DNA of 64,000 bases from Mobula hypostoma. Its lineage: Eukaryota. The translations under genes and the position numbers were made by a program. The stretch covers positions 18,478,001 through 18,542,000 of the forward strand of contig NC_086118.1 in assembly GCF_963921235.1 (NCBI RefSeq). The letters are read 5' to 3'. The number at the start of each line of letters is the position of its first letter. The stretch's first letter is position 1. The notes under the pieces are model-generated. The model did not search any database. It worked only from the letters and a program-made list of their open reading frames with translations, and was not told the origin of the DNA. Shown piece after piece: positions 40,045 through 52,644 of the stretch.

Positions 40045-40325
40045 GAAGGAGGCTTTTTGGCCCATGACTCTATACTGATCATTAAAACCCGTATTACACT
40101 AATTCTATATTAATACTATTTTATTTTCTCAACATTCCCATCAACTCTCCACAGATTCTACCACTCACCTGCACATTTAGGTTATTCTATAGTGTCCAAT
40201 TTATCTACTGACCCACCCTTTTTGAGAATTGGGAAAAAGTCCACACAGTTTCAAGGAGAGTTTGCAAACTCCACACAGAATGCACAGGAGGCCAGAGTTA
40301 CACTAACTCTACTAACTGTGCCAGT
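40045..40325 (-). mobile_element. Old V-SINE/HE1-like SINE
   Basis: Contains GGAGAGTTTGCAAACTCCACACAGA (V-domain-like, reverse strand) and a CR1-like tail at the left end. Confidence 0.5.
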
Positions 40326-41429
40326 TTGCTAACCAAAAAGGTACATTTAATCTTTTTTATCATTTTTCCAAAATAAATTTACTCTAACTTATTGCAGTGA
40401 GTTTTATCTCATAACTCTGTGTTGGAGTCACATCATGATTCAGAAAGTAAGAACCAACCTGAAGCAGAAGAATTTTAAGTTGTTTCTGCTTAGTTATTAA
40501 CTATAGCTAACAAGATTTGGATATTATTTAAGTTTTGCCTAAATGCACCAGGACAGAAGAATTAAGACATTGAGGGTATATTATTACATGTTACTGTTGA
40601 TTAAGCAAATGAAGTGTTACATTGTACAGAGAAAATAAAGAAAAACCTTTTGTAATAACGTTGCAGAACAAAAAATCCTTAATAACAACTGAGGCATGAA
40701 TGCTGAATAGAATGTTAACTCAGGTATGCTACTGATTCGGATCCTGTGTCAAAAAAGTTTAGAGCATAAACTGAGGTAATGATTGAATCACATCAGTTGT
40801 CATTAGCTCAGTTGAAAATGTATCAGACCTCCTTGTAACTTCCTTAGGATTTAATTTGATGGAAATTCATTGTCAGAATTGTTTTCCTAGTCTAGTCATT
40901 TAGCATCACAAAATATCATTTCCATGAGAAACAAATTTCAAAAGTAAGATATTGGCTCGGTTTTTAATTATTAGATGTTGTTTTTGAGTAGAAATCTTAC
41001 TGTTAATGCTAATTGATGCTTTTAAATTGATGCTGACTTCAGTGCAGAATGGTTGTAGATATGTCTGCAGATGTTCACCAAAAACAGTCTGTCTAATATT
41101 GATCCAAGGCCAGCCACCATCCTCTCAAGGGTGTTATGTGAAATATTGTGTGCAACCATTGCCCTTCTGCTCACAGTGCTCAGTGTAACAAAACAACACA
41201 GAACACTTCCCTTGATGTTTGGATGGTAGTCAAGGAAGTGCTAACAGATGTTGAGTGATGCAGGCCAAGGTGTTTCTCTGCTGTTGAAAGGTTTCAAATG
41301 CAACTGGTAGCTTGTTAATAGAGTTCACTTGGATTTGATAGAAACATCAGGCTGGGAATGCAGCCTGCTGCATCTACACTATGTACAAGTTTGGTAACCA
41401 TTGCACTTTGAGCATCACTTTCCTGTATT

Positions 41430-41770
41430 TCTACACTTTCTCCTTCCCTGCCTATCACTTGCCCCTGGTGTCCCTCCTCCTTCCCTTTCTCCCATGGCCT
41501 ACTCTCCTCTCTTATTAGATTCCTTCTTCTTCACGTTTTCCAACCATCATTTTCCAGCTTCTTGTTTCACCCTCTTCCCCACCCAGCTTCCTTCTTCACA
41601 CAGCTTCACCAATCATCTTCTAGCTTGTACTCCTTCCCCTCCCCCTCCTTATTATTCTGGCTTCTTCCCCCTTTCTTTTCAGCCCCAATGAAAGATCTCA
41701 GTCTGAAACGTTGACTTTTATTCCTTTCCACAGATGCTGCCTGACCTGCCATGTTCCTCCAGTATTTTAA
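41430..41770 (+). mobile_element. Penelope 3' end and pLTR
   Basis: Pyrimidine-rich tract similar to 9200-9400, followed by ...ATGAAAGATCTCAGTCTGAAACGTTGACT...GATGCTGCCTGACCTG. Confidence 0.7.
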
Positions 41771-42799
41771 GGGAGTCACGTAGCTATCATTTCAGATTTA
41801 AAACTGATGAAGTTATGCAGAACATAACATCTTTGCTGTCTAAACCTGCTGAGTTTTTCCAGCATTTTCTAACTTAGTTCAGATTTCCAGCGTCTGCATT
41901 TTGTTTGATTTTCATTGAAATTGAACTTCTGTCTCGCCTATTTTGCTCATTATAATATTGTGCTTTGTCACATGGTGAAGGCATCAGAACTCTGTTGAGG
42001 CAATGAGTACTGATATGCATCATAACCTTCATGTGATTAGATCCAATTTGCTTAAAAACTGAATATTAACATTTTTCTTTCAATTAAATGCCAGGTCCCC
42101 TGCATGTTACAAACGCCCAACTTTATACAGTCCATGCACATGAACAAGCATATGTGAAATTGGCAGGATCGATTTCATGACTGTCTTGGGGCCCCAGGCA
42201 TTTTCTGAGGCTCAGTTCACAGGAATGAAACAAGGGGAAGTTCTGTATGATATACTTATGAGGAGCTCTTCCTATCCAGAGAAGTATTATCTTAATACTT
42301 TGTCATGAAATAAGTTTTGCCTCTGCTTGACAGCTCTCTGATGTGCACAGTTAATGCCTTTTTTTCCTATGAATTTTTGAGTCTTTTTGATTTAGGCTGG
42401 GAAGTTCCTTGTGGCATTGGCATTTTTTGATAAAAATCACTTAGTTACATTTAAGTCAATCATTATTCTATTGAGATTATCAAACATGAGAACATATATA
42501 TTTGTTGACATAGAGTTAAGAATGGGAGAATAATGTATGAGCAACTGAAAGTTTGATATTTGGATAATAAACTAGTCAGGCAGCAACCGTGGAAGTGCAA
42601 TGTTCTGAAATGTTGACTGTTTCTCTATCTATTGTTGTTGGCTGACCTGCTGACTATAATCAGAATTTGTTTTTTTTTATTAGAGATTTGCATCTGCAGT
42701 CAATTCTATATTGTGTTTCTGCAGGTATATCTTGTGGGTCCTACATTACTCTGAAGCATCTTAATAGAAGTGTGTAATATGTCTTTCTGCAAGAAATAC

Positions 42800-43410
42800 A
42801 GGTCCATAATTCATTGACAGTGGCATCACAGGTAGCTAAGTTCATAAAGAAAGCTTTTGGCACAATGGTCTTCATAAATCAAGGTATTAAATATAGAAGG
42901 GATGTTACATTAGATGTTGGTGAGGCCTAATTTGGAGTATTGTGTGCGCAGTTTTGGTCACCTACCTACGGGAAAGATGTAGGAAAGATGTAAGATATTT
43001 TGAAAGAGTGCACAGAGAACTTACAAGGATGTTGCCAGGACTGGAGGACCTGAGTTATAAGGAAAGATTGAATTGGTTAGAACTTTATGCCCTAGAATGT
43101 AGAAGATTGAAGGGAGATTTGACAGAGGTATACAAAATTATGAGGGATATAGACAGGGTAAATGCAAGCAGGTTTATTCCACTGAGATTCAGTGGGGCTA
43201 CAACTAGAGGTCATGGATTAAGGGTGGAAAGTGAAAAGTTTAAGGGGAACATGAGGGTATAATTCTTCACTCAGAGGGTGGTAAGAATGTGGAACGAGCT
43301 GCCAGCACAAGTGATGCATGCGAGCTTGATTTCAAGTTTAAATGGTTCAGCATAGACTAGATGGGCCGAAGGGCCTCTTTCTGTGCTGTACTTTTCTATG
43401 ACTCTATGAT
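42800..43410 (+). mobile_element. CR1 LINE 3' fragment (different subfamily)
   Basis: ORF 42942-43262: RMLPGLEDLSYKERL, RRLKGDLTEVYKIM, TTRGHG. Tail TTCTATGACTCTATGA. Confidence 0.85.
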
Positions 43411-44865
43411 CCCGAATCCTTCTGTAGACAATGAATGTTGTTTCGTCATTCAGAGTAACATAATGTTAACTTGTTCTTCATACAGTGAAACTATTCCCTT
43501 TTTTTTGCCATGTCTTTTAATACATCTGTTCCTCTTTTTGGCTATGATATTATTCTTCATCCTTTTCATTGAGAAAGTCCACCTCTATGACTCAAGCATG
43601 TAGCCTCCTACCACTAATGAAGCTCAGTTTGATTCACAATGCTGTGTGCAGCAGATATACGAGGGGTGCATGGCAAGTATTTGCTTGGATAGGATTTTTA
43701 TTCAGGTGTCTGTCTCCATGTAGTATTCTGCTGAAATATAAGTTTCTATATAGGTAGTATTGATCACATTGCAATGGCTAACAATGTTCCCAAGAACAGT
43801 GCCCAAAAGCACTGCAAAATCTCTGGGAAATTGGCATTTTCTGATGTTACTTTCTTTAACAGTTAGTCTCTTGCCTGTGTGGCTAAGCCTGGGGATTGTG
43901 GTGCAGTGCGTAAACTTCAGGGCAGAATGTGGAGGGGAAGCTATAATAATAGAGGATTTTCAGCTACCAGTCATTGCTGGACACATCCAGTAGCATGACT
44001 GAACCAGACACCTGAGAATTTATGTTATAGTGAGTGTTAATTTAACTGTCAGTGGGTAGATCATCAACTGCTGTGTGGTACAACTATACTGTGTAAACAT
44101 TAAGAACCATGGGCATTCTTACAGCTAGAGTCATGCTGAGCTAATGGATCACTGTGTTTGCAAATCCTCCTCAAGCTGATAGTACACATTTATTATTGCC
44201 TCCCTGTACAGATGCATTCGACTTAGACACTGTGCTTGAAGAAAACCAGTTCATGGCACGTAGGATAATTCATGTGCCATCTGGGTAAAGTTGAGACCTT
44301 TCACAGACCTACTTGCCGTACAATTTGCCACCTTCTCTTTCCCCTTCAGCATCCAACTCAATATCGAATGTATGTGCAGCAACCACGAAGAAAGGAATAT
44401 TCAGCATATCCGTAAAGATATACTTAGCACAATTATTTGAGCTGCGGATATGGATAAAATATAGTTAAAATATTAAAATTAAATTAAAATATAGTCTTTG
44501 TTTGAAGTAGCTGCAGTCTTTTGATTAATAACACAGGCAGCAGGGAGGAGCAATATATGGTCCATTATAGACCACAGTTTATAAAAATCCTTTCACCTTA
44601 TTCATTACTTTGGCTGCAGGTTAAAAGTCATTAACAAAGGAATATTTAACCACATTATTGTGCTGAAAATGAGCCAAACTCTCCCTTGAGTTCCATCTGT
44701 AAACTCAAATGTTGAAGTAACCTAATAGTTCTACTATATATAAAACCATGCATTCATGATCCTGCATAGATCTATCTAATTTATGCTATTAATTTTTTTC
44801 CATGCTAAATAATTCAAACTTCAAAGACAACCAGGAATTCTCCTAACCAGATGTATGCTATTCAT

Positions 44866-45184
44866 AAGCAAGAGAAAATCTGCAGGCCAGGCAGCACCTA
44901 TGGAAAAGAGTAAAGAGTGATTGGACTACTACACAGCCAAGTCTCTTCCAGGAATGCCTACCCTGAAGTAGTTTAAATCTTCCCTTAGGGAGTTTAGTGA
45001 AATCCTCTCTCACTGTCCCCTGTCTGTGATCTCTGCTGCCCTTCAGCACCTTCTTATTCTAACTTGTCATCATTTTCTCCAGTCCTGATAAAGGGTCTTG
45101 GCCTGAACTGCCAACTGTACTCTTTTCCATTGATGTTGCCTGGCCTGCTGAGTTCTTCCAGCATTTTGTGTGTGTTGCTTGATA
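44866..45184. mobile_element. Short Penelope insertion with inverted partial pLTR
   Basis: Left part is pLTR revcomp, right part is sense pLTR (AGTCCTGATAAAGGGTCTTGGCCTGAAC). TSD GCTATTCAT at 44857-44865 and 45185-45193. Confidence 0.7.
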
Positions 45185-45797
45185 GCTATTCATTACTGCC
45201 TCTATCCCCTATCTGTAATGGTGATGAGGATAATTTTATTGTGATAATATATGTAGAACAAACAACATTAGAGATTGATATGAATGTTGTTCTTCTGATC
45301 AACAAGTAACTCAGTGGTAAAGTTCTCAAAAGGTTGCATCCTATCAATAGACTGCAACATGTTTGAATCTGAGTCCACTGAGCTCACTGTGCACTGCGAT
45401 GCAGTAAAACTTTCTCATTTATTGTCCCAATATGCTTCTTAGACAATCTTTTGGGATCAAGAATGCTTTGCTTCTACTCTGTACGGTGGGTTCTGAAGTA
45501 ACTAATGAGAACTGCATACTCTTCCATAGATGGAGCTGGACATAGTTAAAGGGGCAGATGTGCAGATAGTTTGTGAGGCCATGCACTCCTTTCACTGCTT
45601 TCTTGTGCTTCCAATGCAAGGTCTTTGTGTTCTCAATACCATCCTGAATGTTACTTCTCAACTTTTGGGTTTGAGAATTGGCCAAGTGTCTGTCTGCAGA
45701 TGGGCTTCGACTACGCGGGCCTGGTAAGCAGCTGAATTCCAATGCACCTTCCACTGCTGGCACTCTCTTCAATTCGCTGACTTACTGTACACCCTGC

Positions 45798-46196
45798 TTT
45801 TGCCTGATATGCCACTGGCGTGTAGGGCAGCAATGAAAGTCCCCCTTCTCTGGCGGTGTTCAAGGCTGCCTTCACCATGTCAGTAGCTTACTCTTGGTTC
45901 ACAGTGTGTCATGCAAGTCCCGGCTGGGGACACAGAAATACCATCACACACAGATGTGCAAGGATTCTTCATTGCTGTTTCTGCAACAGTTTTGTTGGAC
46001 CACTCAGGATTGATGGTCCTGAGCTGAACCCCCAAACCTGGAGGGTCAGTGGACCACTCTTAGTCTGGCCTCGACCCTTTGACCTGACCCTACCAAGAGC
46101 CAAAACATAAAGCCCTGACTCCAACCAGCATAGCTCTCCAGATCATTGAGGCACGCAAGCCTCCAAATCACAACAAAGTTATGGTCCTCTTTGAGG
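45798..46196 (-). mobile_element. Non-autonomous RTE-like retroelement (shorter relative at ~33855-34000)
   Basis: 14-bp TSD ACTGTAYACYCTGC (45784-45797, 46197-46210). Shares TAGGGCAGCA.TGAA and GAGCTGAAC..AACCTGGAGG blocks with 33855-34000. Confidence 0.6.
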
Positions 46197-46197
46197 A

Positions 46198-46395
46198 CTG
46201 TATACTCTGCGATAGGTAACAAAAATTACTGTCGCTCTGTGCACTCAGCTATAGGCAGATTTTAATTCACTGTCTCCCTGTGCGCTCTGCTGCAAGCATC
46301 TCTCTAATTCACTGTCCCACTGTGCATTCTGCTGTTGGCGAACTCTAATGCACTGTCCCACTGTGCTTCCGAATAAGGACTGCCCCATTGTGCTA
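46198..46395. repeat. Old imperfect ~41-bp minisatellite (4-5 units)
   Basis: Recurrent CTGTGC.CTCTGCT...TAATTCACTGTCCCA units. Confidence 0.6.
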
Positions 46396-47420
46396 GAGAC
46401 TTACTGACTCATTGATGTGCATGTAACATTTAACACGGACATTTCTGACACCAATTATAAGAGAGAGCCTCACTGTGAAGTGACATATCAAAAATAAACA
46501 TCACAGGACAAAATGTCATGACTGTTGCTGTCGGAGGGTGTGACCCATATTGCCTGCGTAGGTGGGCTTTACTAGTGCCATTAAGGCTTTCTACATCACG
46601 TTAAATATCTGCCTTTAGATTTCATCAGCTTCAGCTTACAGCAACAATTATGATGAATGGCAGTACTACATAAATAAATAATTGCTTCCAATTCTGGGAA
46701 CAGTATTATTCCAGTGTGTATTCCCACTTTCCCAATGCAGTGTTTTTATCTCTGAGGGGAACTCAATGGTGTGCTAATAAATTTTCACTATGGGTATTGT
46801 ACTTGCAACACCATGACCCTTTTAAGGCCCCGCCAGATTAATTCTACCTCAGGTGCCTTTGGTAGCAGAGGGACAGTAAAGCTTCAATTAGTTGCCCTGG
46901 ATTACCTTTCACACCAGGTTTTCTTTTCCAGACCAGTGAAGCAAATAAGACAGGCACAGAAATTCATTCTCCTCTAAACCTGCACCATGTGGTTAGCCAC
47001 ATCACCTCATGCTGGTGCATTCTGGAACCAGTATAGCACTGGTGCCAGGTGAAGGCGACTTAGCTCAGTTAGAGCATACACAGCTTTGTCTTGTGTTAAT
47101 GCCTGGCCAACAACATGTTGCAATATTATGTATCCCTTCAGGCAATCAGGTGCTCCAGACCTTTAAAGGCACTTGTCTGCTAGGTTAGAACACTGCTAGA
47201 AGTGAATTATGTGATCCACTGAAAAGTTACTGAGGTATGTTTTGAAATGTTTGTGAGGGTGGCTTTGCCAGGGAAAGTAGAAATCTCATACTTAAGGACC
47301 TACATCTTTGTGATGAGGTGCAGCGAAAGGCATCTTATTCTGTACCATTCATACCAGGGATTGTGCTCTGAGCAGTAGGTGGCCAATGAAATCACCAGTG
47401 AGTGAATCTAGAAACTATAC

Positions 47421-47496
47421 TGTAACACACATAAAAGTTGCTGGTGAACGCAGCAGACCAGGCAGCATCTCTAGGAAGAGGTACAGTCGGCGTTTC
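47421..47496 (-). mobile_element. 76-bp solo Penelope pLTR, 5' end within the hammerhead core
   Basis: Revcomp begins GAAACGCCGACTG. Flanked by CTGTAAC (47420-47426, 47496-47502). Confidence 0.75.
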
Positions 47497-48628
47497 TGTA
47501 ACTGTTCTCTTTTTAATGTAACTAATAAAGTCAGGTTTACAGCAGACACAGGCCAAGACTCCTTCCTCAACACTCCCCCATTCCTCCCCTCCCTTTGTCC
47601 CACTCACACCCTGGATTTCAAAAGGATTTTAAGATATTTGTTTACTGGGTTGTCCTGCCATCATACTTGCTGGAGCTGAGATGAAGATTTGTGGATTTCT
47701 AAATGTCCTTTTTACACACCTCCTTTCTTCTTAGCCGTTAATAGTACAGGTTTGTTGACAGCTCTGTTTACAGCTGCCAGCAGAGAGGCGTCCACCGGGG
47801 GCAGTGTGGTGCAGCCTCCGGGCTGGAGTTGGTGCTGTCCCCCCATTGTTCACTCGGCAGAAGACAAACTCTATTGTGGTCGACTGTAGATTTCTGCGGC
47901 TTTGGTAGCTTGAATGTAGGCTATTTTATTGCATGGCTGTATCTTACTGATACCTCTATGTGCTTGCTGTCTTGTATGTGCTATTTGTGACTGTTGGTAG
48001 TGTTTTGCACCCTGGTCCTGGAGTAATGCTGTATTTATGAGTATTCTTGTACTGTTGAATAACAATCAAACTTGAATTGAATCTTCTAGGAACTTGTACA
48101 ATGTCATCATGAACATGCTCATCTTTCTGTCTTTTATCACAGAATCACACAACCCAGTCAGGCTTTTTCTCCTCCATAAGGAGCGCTCTGCTGAGATAGA
48201 AGAGAGGTGTAAGGTTCACTACACCTGACACCCACAGGCACTACTTCAGACACTTTGTGCAGCTAAAACAGGAGCGGAAGTGCATCTTTCACATACAGAG
48301 GCACCTGGCACTAGCAGGCTGCTATTCAACCAAAGGTTTAATGACGTAGGGGTCAAATATAATTTTTATTCAAGAGGACTTGGATAAGAACTATAATCAG
48401 AAAGCATACGGAGGAAAACAGCAGTACATGCAATTTGGAATATTTGATGCATTATCTGACCTGTTGCTTAGCCTATGAGTGATGTCAAGGAGAAAATGCA
48501 GTGTCTGGGGTACTTTCAGTCCTCACACTGATGAGGCTTAAAGCACTGGCTATTTGGTTTGTTCATGATTGTATTGTATTTATGCCTTAGATACAATATT
48601 GAGCCATCGTGAAAAGGATCGTTTAATC

Positions 48629-49531
48629 CAGGGGTCCCCAACCTTTTTTGTACCGCGGACCGGTTTAATACTGACAATATTCTTGCGGACCGTCCGATGG
48701 GGTGTGGGGGGGGGTTGGGGGGGGCAGGGGTGTTAACCACGACTGGAATATAGGTGATAAGTCAACTGTAAGTCACTCATAAGTGGCTAATACACTCAAA
48801 TTCGTTTTTAAAAGGGTTTATCTAATGAATTTAATATTAAACACACAGCGCATATTTTCCTCGCATGAATATAATGATAAGTCAATTATAAGTAACTTAT
48901 AAGTCAATAGCATCATAACATTTTAAGTAACGTTTGGATATTAAACACGCAGCGCATATTTTCCTCGTATGAACATATAAAATCATTGCAACACACCAAT
49001 ATCGCTGAATCAGTGGGAGCCCTGGGCTTGTTTCCCTGCAACAAGACGGTCCCTTCGAGGGGTGATGGGAGACAGCGATACTCGAAGGGGGTTCCTTATG
49101 TCCGGTCTATTCTGCAATTTAGATTTTGTTGCATTCATTGCAGAAAACTCCTCTTCGCAGCGATATGATGTTGGAAATGGAAGCAACGTTTTCATTGCTT
49201 TCATAGCTACCTCAAGATATTCAGCCTTGACTTTGATCCAGAATGCCAGCAGAGATGTTATGTCAAACATACTTTTCAACCCACCATCACTTGCAAGCTC
49301 GAGGAGTTGATCTTCTTCCCGTGCTGACATGGATGACGTGTGGGTAATGACCTCACGTGCGTAATGACCTCGCGTGCATTCAAGTTCAACAGTGGGCGTG
49401 ACAGGGAATGAGGAAAGGTGCAGCTGACTCATATCGTTTCATATCGCCAAATCATATTGTTTCCTCGCGGCCCGGTAGCACATGCTTTGCGGCCCGGTAC
49501 CGGTCCACGGCCTGATGGTTGGGGACCACTC
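48629..49531 (-). mobile_element. hAT/Charlie (MER1/Charlie3-like TIR) internally deleted element retaining the transposase C-terminal dimerisation domain
   Basis: TIRs CAGGGGTCCCCAACC / GGTTGGGGACCACTC. Perfect 8-bp TSD GTTTAATC (48621-48628, 49532-49539). ORF 49010-49432: FWIKVKAEY..LLPFPTSYRCE..FSAM..KQAQGSH. Confidence 0.92.
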
Positions 49532-49820
49532 GTTTAATCACTCCAACAAGAGATTCCTCAAACAACTGCTGAGGCTGCCATAACTACGTTGGGAGGACCA
49601 CCACTAAGGATTTCTGCTGTCAACAACACTGGGAAGGCAGGGTATGTATCTTGTATGCTGTAGTCCAGCCACAAGTGTAGAAACTTTACATCCTTTCTCT
49701 CTAAGGACCTCCAACTACAGTCAACTTCTCTAAATTTATTCCTCTAGGTTTACTGAGCAATCCTTCCAAGCACAATTGCTGTTTAGATGCTGCGTTCCAG
49801 ATGTTTAGATGCTGTTTAGA

Positions 49821-52634
49821 TGTTGCTTTCCAGATGTTTGCCCTGGAGGAACCCTTGAAATAATTTCCAGGTCTCGGGGTATCCCTGCATAAAACTTAAT
49901 ATATCTACGGCTTACAGTACATTAGCGTGATCAATATATTGTAGATATTGAATATTCTGGGAACTTGTACAATCTCATCATCCACTGTTCCCAACCTCAA
50001 AGTTCCCACACCCTGCACCTCCCATTTCTACCTCCTACCCAAGATCCACAAACCTGTTTGTCCTGGTAGAACCATTGTTTCAGCTTGTTCCAGCCCCACT
50101 GAACTCATATCGGCTTACCTTGACTCTGTTCTATCCCTTCCTATCTACATCCTTGACACCTCACCCCCTCTTGACCTTTTCAAGGATTTCAGGTCCCCGG
50201 CCACCATGATCTCATTTTTACTATGGATGTTCAGTCCCTATACACTTCTGTCTTCCACCAGGAAGATCCCACCACCAAGCACCTCTTTCCCTCCCACCCC
50301 CCCACTTTCTGCTTTCTGCAGGGATCGTTCCCTACGTGACTCTCTTGTCCATTCATCCCTCCCCACTGATCTCCCTCCTGGCACTTATCCTTGCAAACGG
50401 AACAAGTGCTACACCTCCTTCCTCGCTACCATCCAGGCCCCTAAACAGTCCTTCCAGGTGAGGTCACACTTTCACCTGTGAGTCTGTTGGGGTCATTTAC
50501 TGTGTTTGGTGTTCCCGGTGTGGCCTCCTGTACATCGGTGATGATGTAGATTGGGAGACTGCTTTGCTGCGCATCTATGCTCCGTCCACCAGAACAAGCG
50601 GGATCTCCCAGTGGCCACTCATTTTAATTCCACTTCCCATTCCCATTCCAATATATCCATCCACTGTCATGATGAGGCCTGGTGGTTCTCTCTCCCCTCC
50701 CCCCACCTGTTAAGTCTACACCTCAGTTTTTTTTCTCCAGTCCTGCCAAAGGGTTTTGGCCAGAAACATTGACTGTACTCTTTTCCATAGAAGCTGCCTG
50801 GCCTGCTGAGTTCCTCCAGCTGTTTGTGTGTGTTGCTCGGATTTTCAGCATCTGCTGATTTTCTCTTTTTGAAGTTGTAGATATAGTAACCCAAAAATTA
50901 TTGTCAATGCTCTTTTGAGTAGAGAATGAATTTTTAGCCAACCTTTCTTGAAAAAGGGCAGGTAGTTAAGTTTAGCTTACCTTTCTCGAAATTAATTTCT
51001 TTTGTCCCTTTTCATAAATTTAAGAAACTCATAAGGCAAACATCATAAGTTTCTGTTTTCAATAAGACTTGTGACTTTCTGATATCATTTCTCACTCTGA
51101 ATCCTAAGCAGCAGTGGGAACATTTCAAGCTTTCCTTTTGCAACATGATTTTTCCAAAATTCAGTTTCCTTTTAAATCCAAGAATCTTGTCAATTGAAGT
51201 CAAATTGCAAAGTCCAGGGCCTTGCAGAGGCTTGTTCAACTGATTCATTTGATGAAAAATGTCCGCTAAGTAGGCTAGTTTCTGCAGCCATTCTTCATCT
51301 TCAAAGCACTCAGCAAAATCTGTCCTACTATTTTCTTGAAAATACCCCTGTAATTTACTTTTCAGCTGAAACACCCTATTGAGAGTTCTTCCTCTGCTAA
51401 GGCACCAGATTTCTGTACGTAGCAGGAGACTAGTGTGCTGTGTCCAGGTTTTCGCAATTTTTAAAAACATTTTTGAGTTAACTGGTCTTTGTTTAATGAA
51501 GTTAACTATTTCTGCAGCATCATCCAGAACTTTTTAAAATTTAATCTCCAAGACTTTTTGACATCAGCACCTCTCTGTGAAGAAAAAAATGTGTTGTGAC
51601 AATGAAAGGATTTTCCTTTTTTACAAGAGAAACGAAACCTCTCATGAAGCCAACCATTGATGGGGCACCATCAGCACAGATGCCAAATCAGTTCCTCCAA
51701 GACAGTCTTTTTGTTTCCAGATAGGAAGACAATACATTAAATATATTTTGGCCTTAGCTTGTTTTGTGCAGCCCTTTGTAACAGGAAAAGGTTTCTTGAA
51801 TTTCACCAAAAGTTCCAAATCTTACAAATGCTACAACATGACATTTATTTGTGAAATTTGTCAACTCATCAACCTGGATAGAGAAATTGTTGTTTTTCAG
51901 TTTATCACACAAAACTTCTTCAGCATGTGACATGTCATCAATATGTCGATTTATCGTACCGTTTGAGAGTGAAACCGTTTCAATTTCTCACACAGCATCT
52001 TGTCCTGACACAGTGGTTAATAAAATATAAAAAAGAATGGCAAAACGTATGAAAACTTCACAATACAATTCACCTTTTGTAATGTTTATAACAGCAGCAA
52101 AGTGGCTGGCTAGCAGCTGAGTCGCGGAGCGTAAAAATTTCTTCTTCAGAATGAAAATTTCCCTCCAATTTTCTACTACACTGGTAGAATTTGTTCACTT
52201 CCATAAGTCAGTTGGTGATGCATAAGGGGGAAGTTGGGGAAGGAGTTCAGGAAACAGAGGCTGATGTCACGGCCCAAGTTGGGCGAGTCCATTCAATGCT
52301 CGGAAAATGCACTTCACACTCCTCATCAACCTACCGTCCTCCCCTCCCTGCAGTACAGTGTTAGCCAATTATCGTTGGCCTCCCCTATCTTGTGTCAAAA
52401 ACTGAGAATGGACTCAACCAATTAAGCGCGGTCCTACTGCGCACTGCCACACTGGGCTGAGAGATCTCTAACGAGATTGCTTATGGGGCTATTCGGTCAC
52501 TCAGTCATTGCCCACCACTGCGAGTGCTAGCATTGCATGTTCCTTGAAGTTCAAAAAATGTTATTTTTTTTTTAATCACGATCTCTCACAGAACCCCTAC
52601 TGAACTCTTACGGAACCCCAGTTGAGAAACCCTG
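49821..52634 (-). mobile_element. hAT Buster/Charlie-type transposon, degraded transposase, carrying a nested Penelope
   Basis: 5' TIR CAGGGTTTCTCAAC at 52634. Motifs LSNGTINRHIDDM, SIQVDE, GICADGAPSMVG, LLLRTEIWCLSRG, WLQKLAYLADIF. Probable TSD TGTWTAGA (49813-49820, 52635-52642). The left terminus is decayed. Confidence 0.8.
49949..50874 (+). mobile_element. Penelope-like element with large internal deletion, nested in the hAT
   Basis: [38 protein letters not shown] (GIY-YIG), pLTR. 10-bp TSD TTGTAGATAT (49939-49948, 50875-50884). Confidence 0.9.
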
Positions 52635-52644
52635 TGTATAGAAT

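Noticed and set aside
44212..44284. Possible exon AFDLDTVLEENQFMARRIIHVPS
   Set aside because: Weak donor, unrecognised peptide, and no partner exons that can be supported.
46198..46395. Regularly spaced repeats as a CRISPR-like array
   Set aside because: Whole units are similar (no unique spacers), the context is eukaryotic and there are no cas genes. It is a decayed minisatellite.
48143..48208. Possible 66-bp exon with a good acceptor and GTAAGG donor
   Set aside because: The peptide SHNPVRLFLLHKERSAEIEER is not recognisable, so it is unsupported without transcript data.
51012..51470. Domesticated ZBED/SCAND3-like gene
   Set aside because: Multiple frameshifts and deletions, bounded by a TIR, and carrying a nested Penelope. 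It is a dead transposon.
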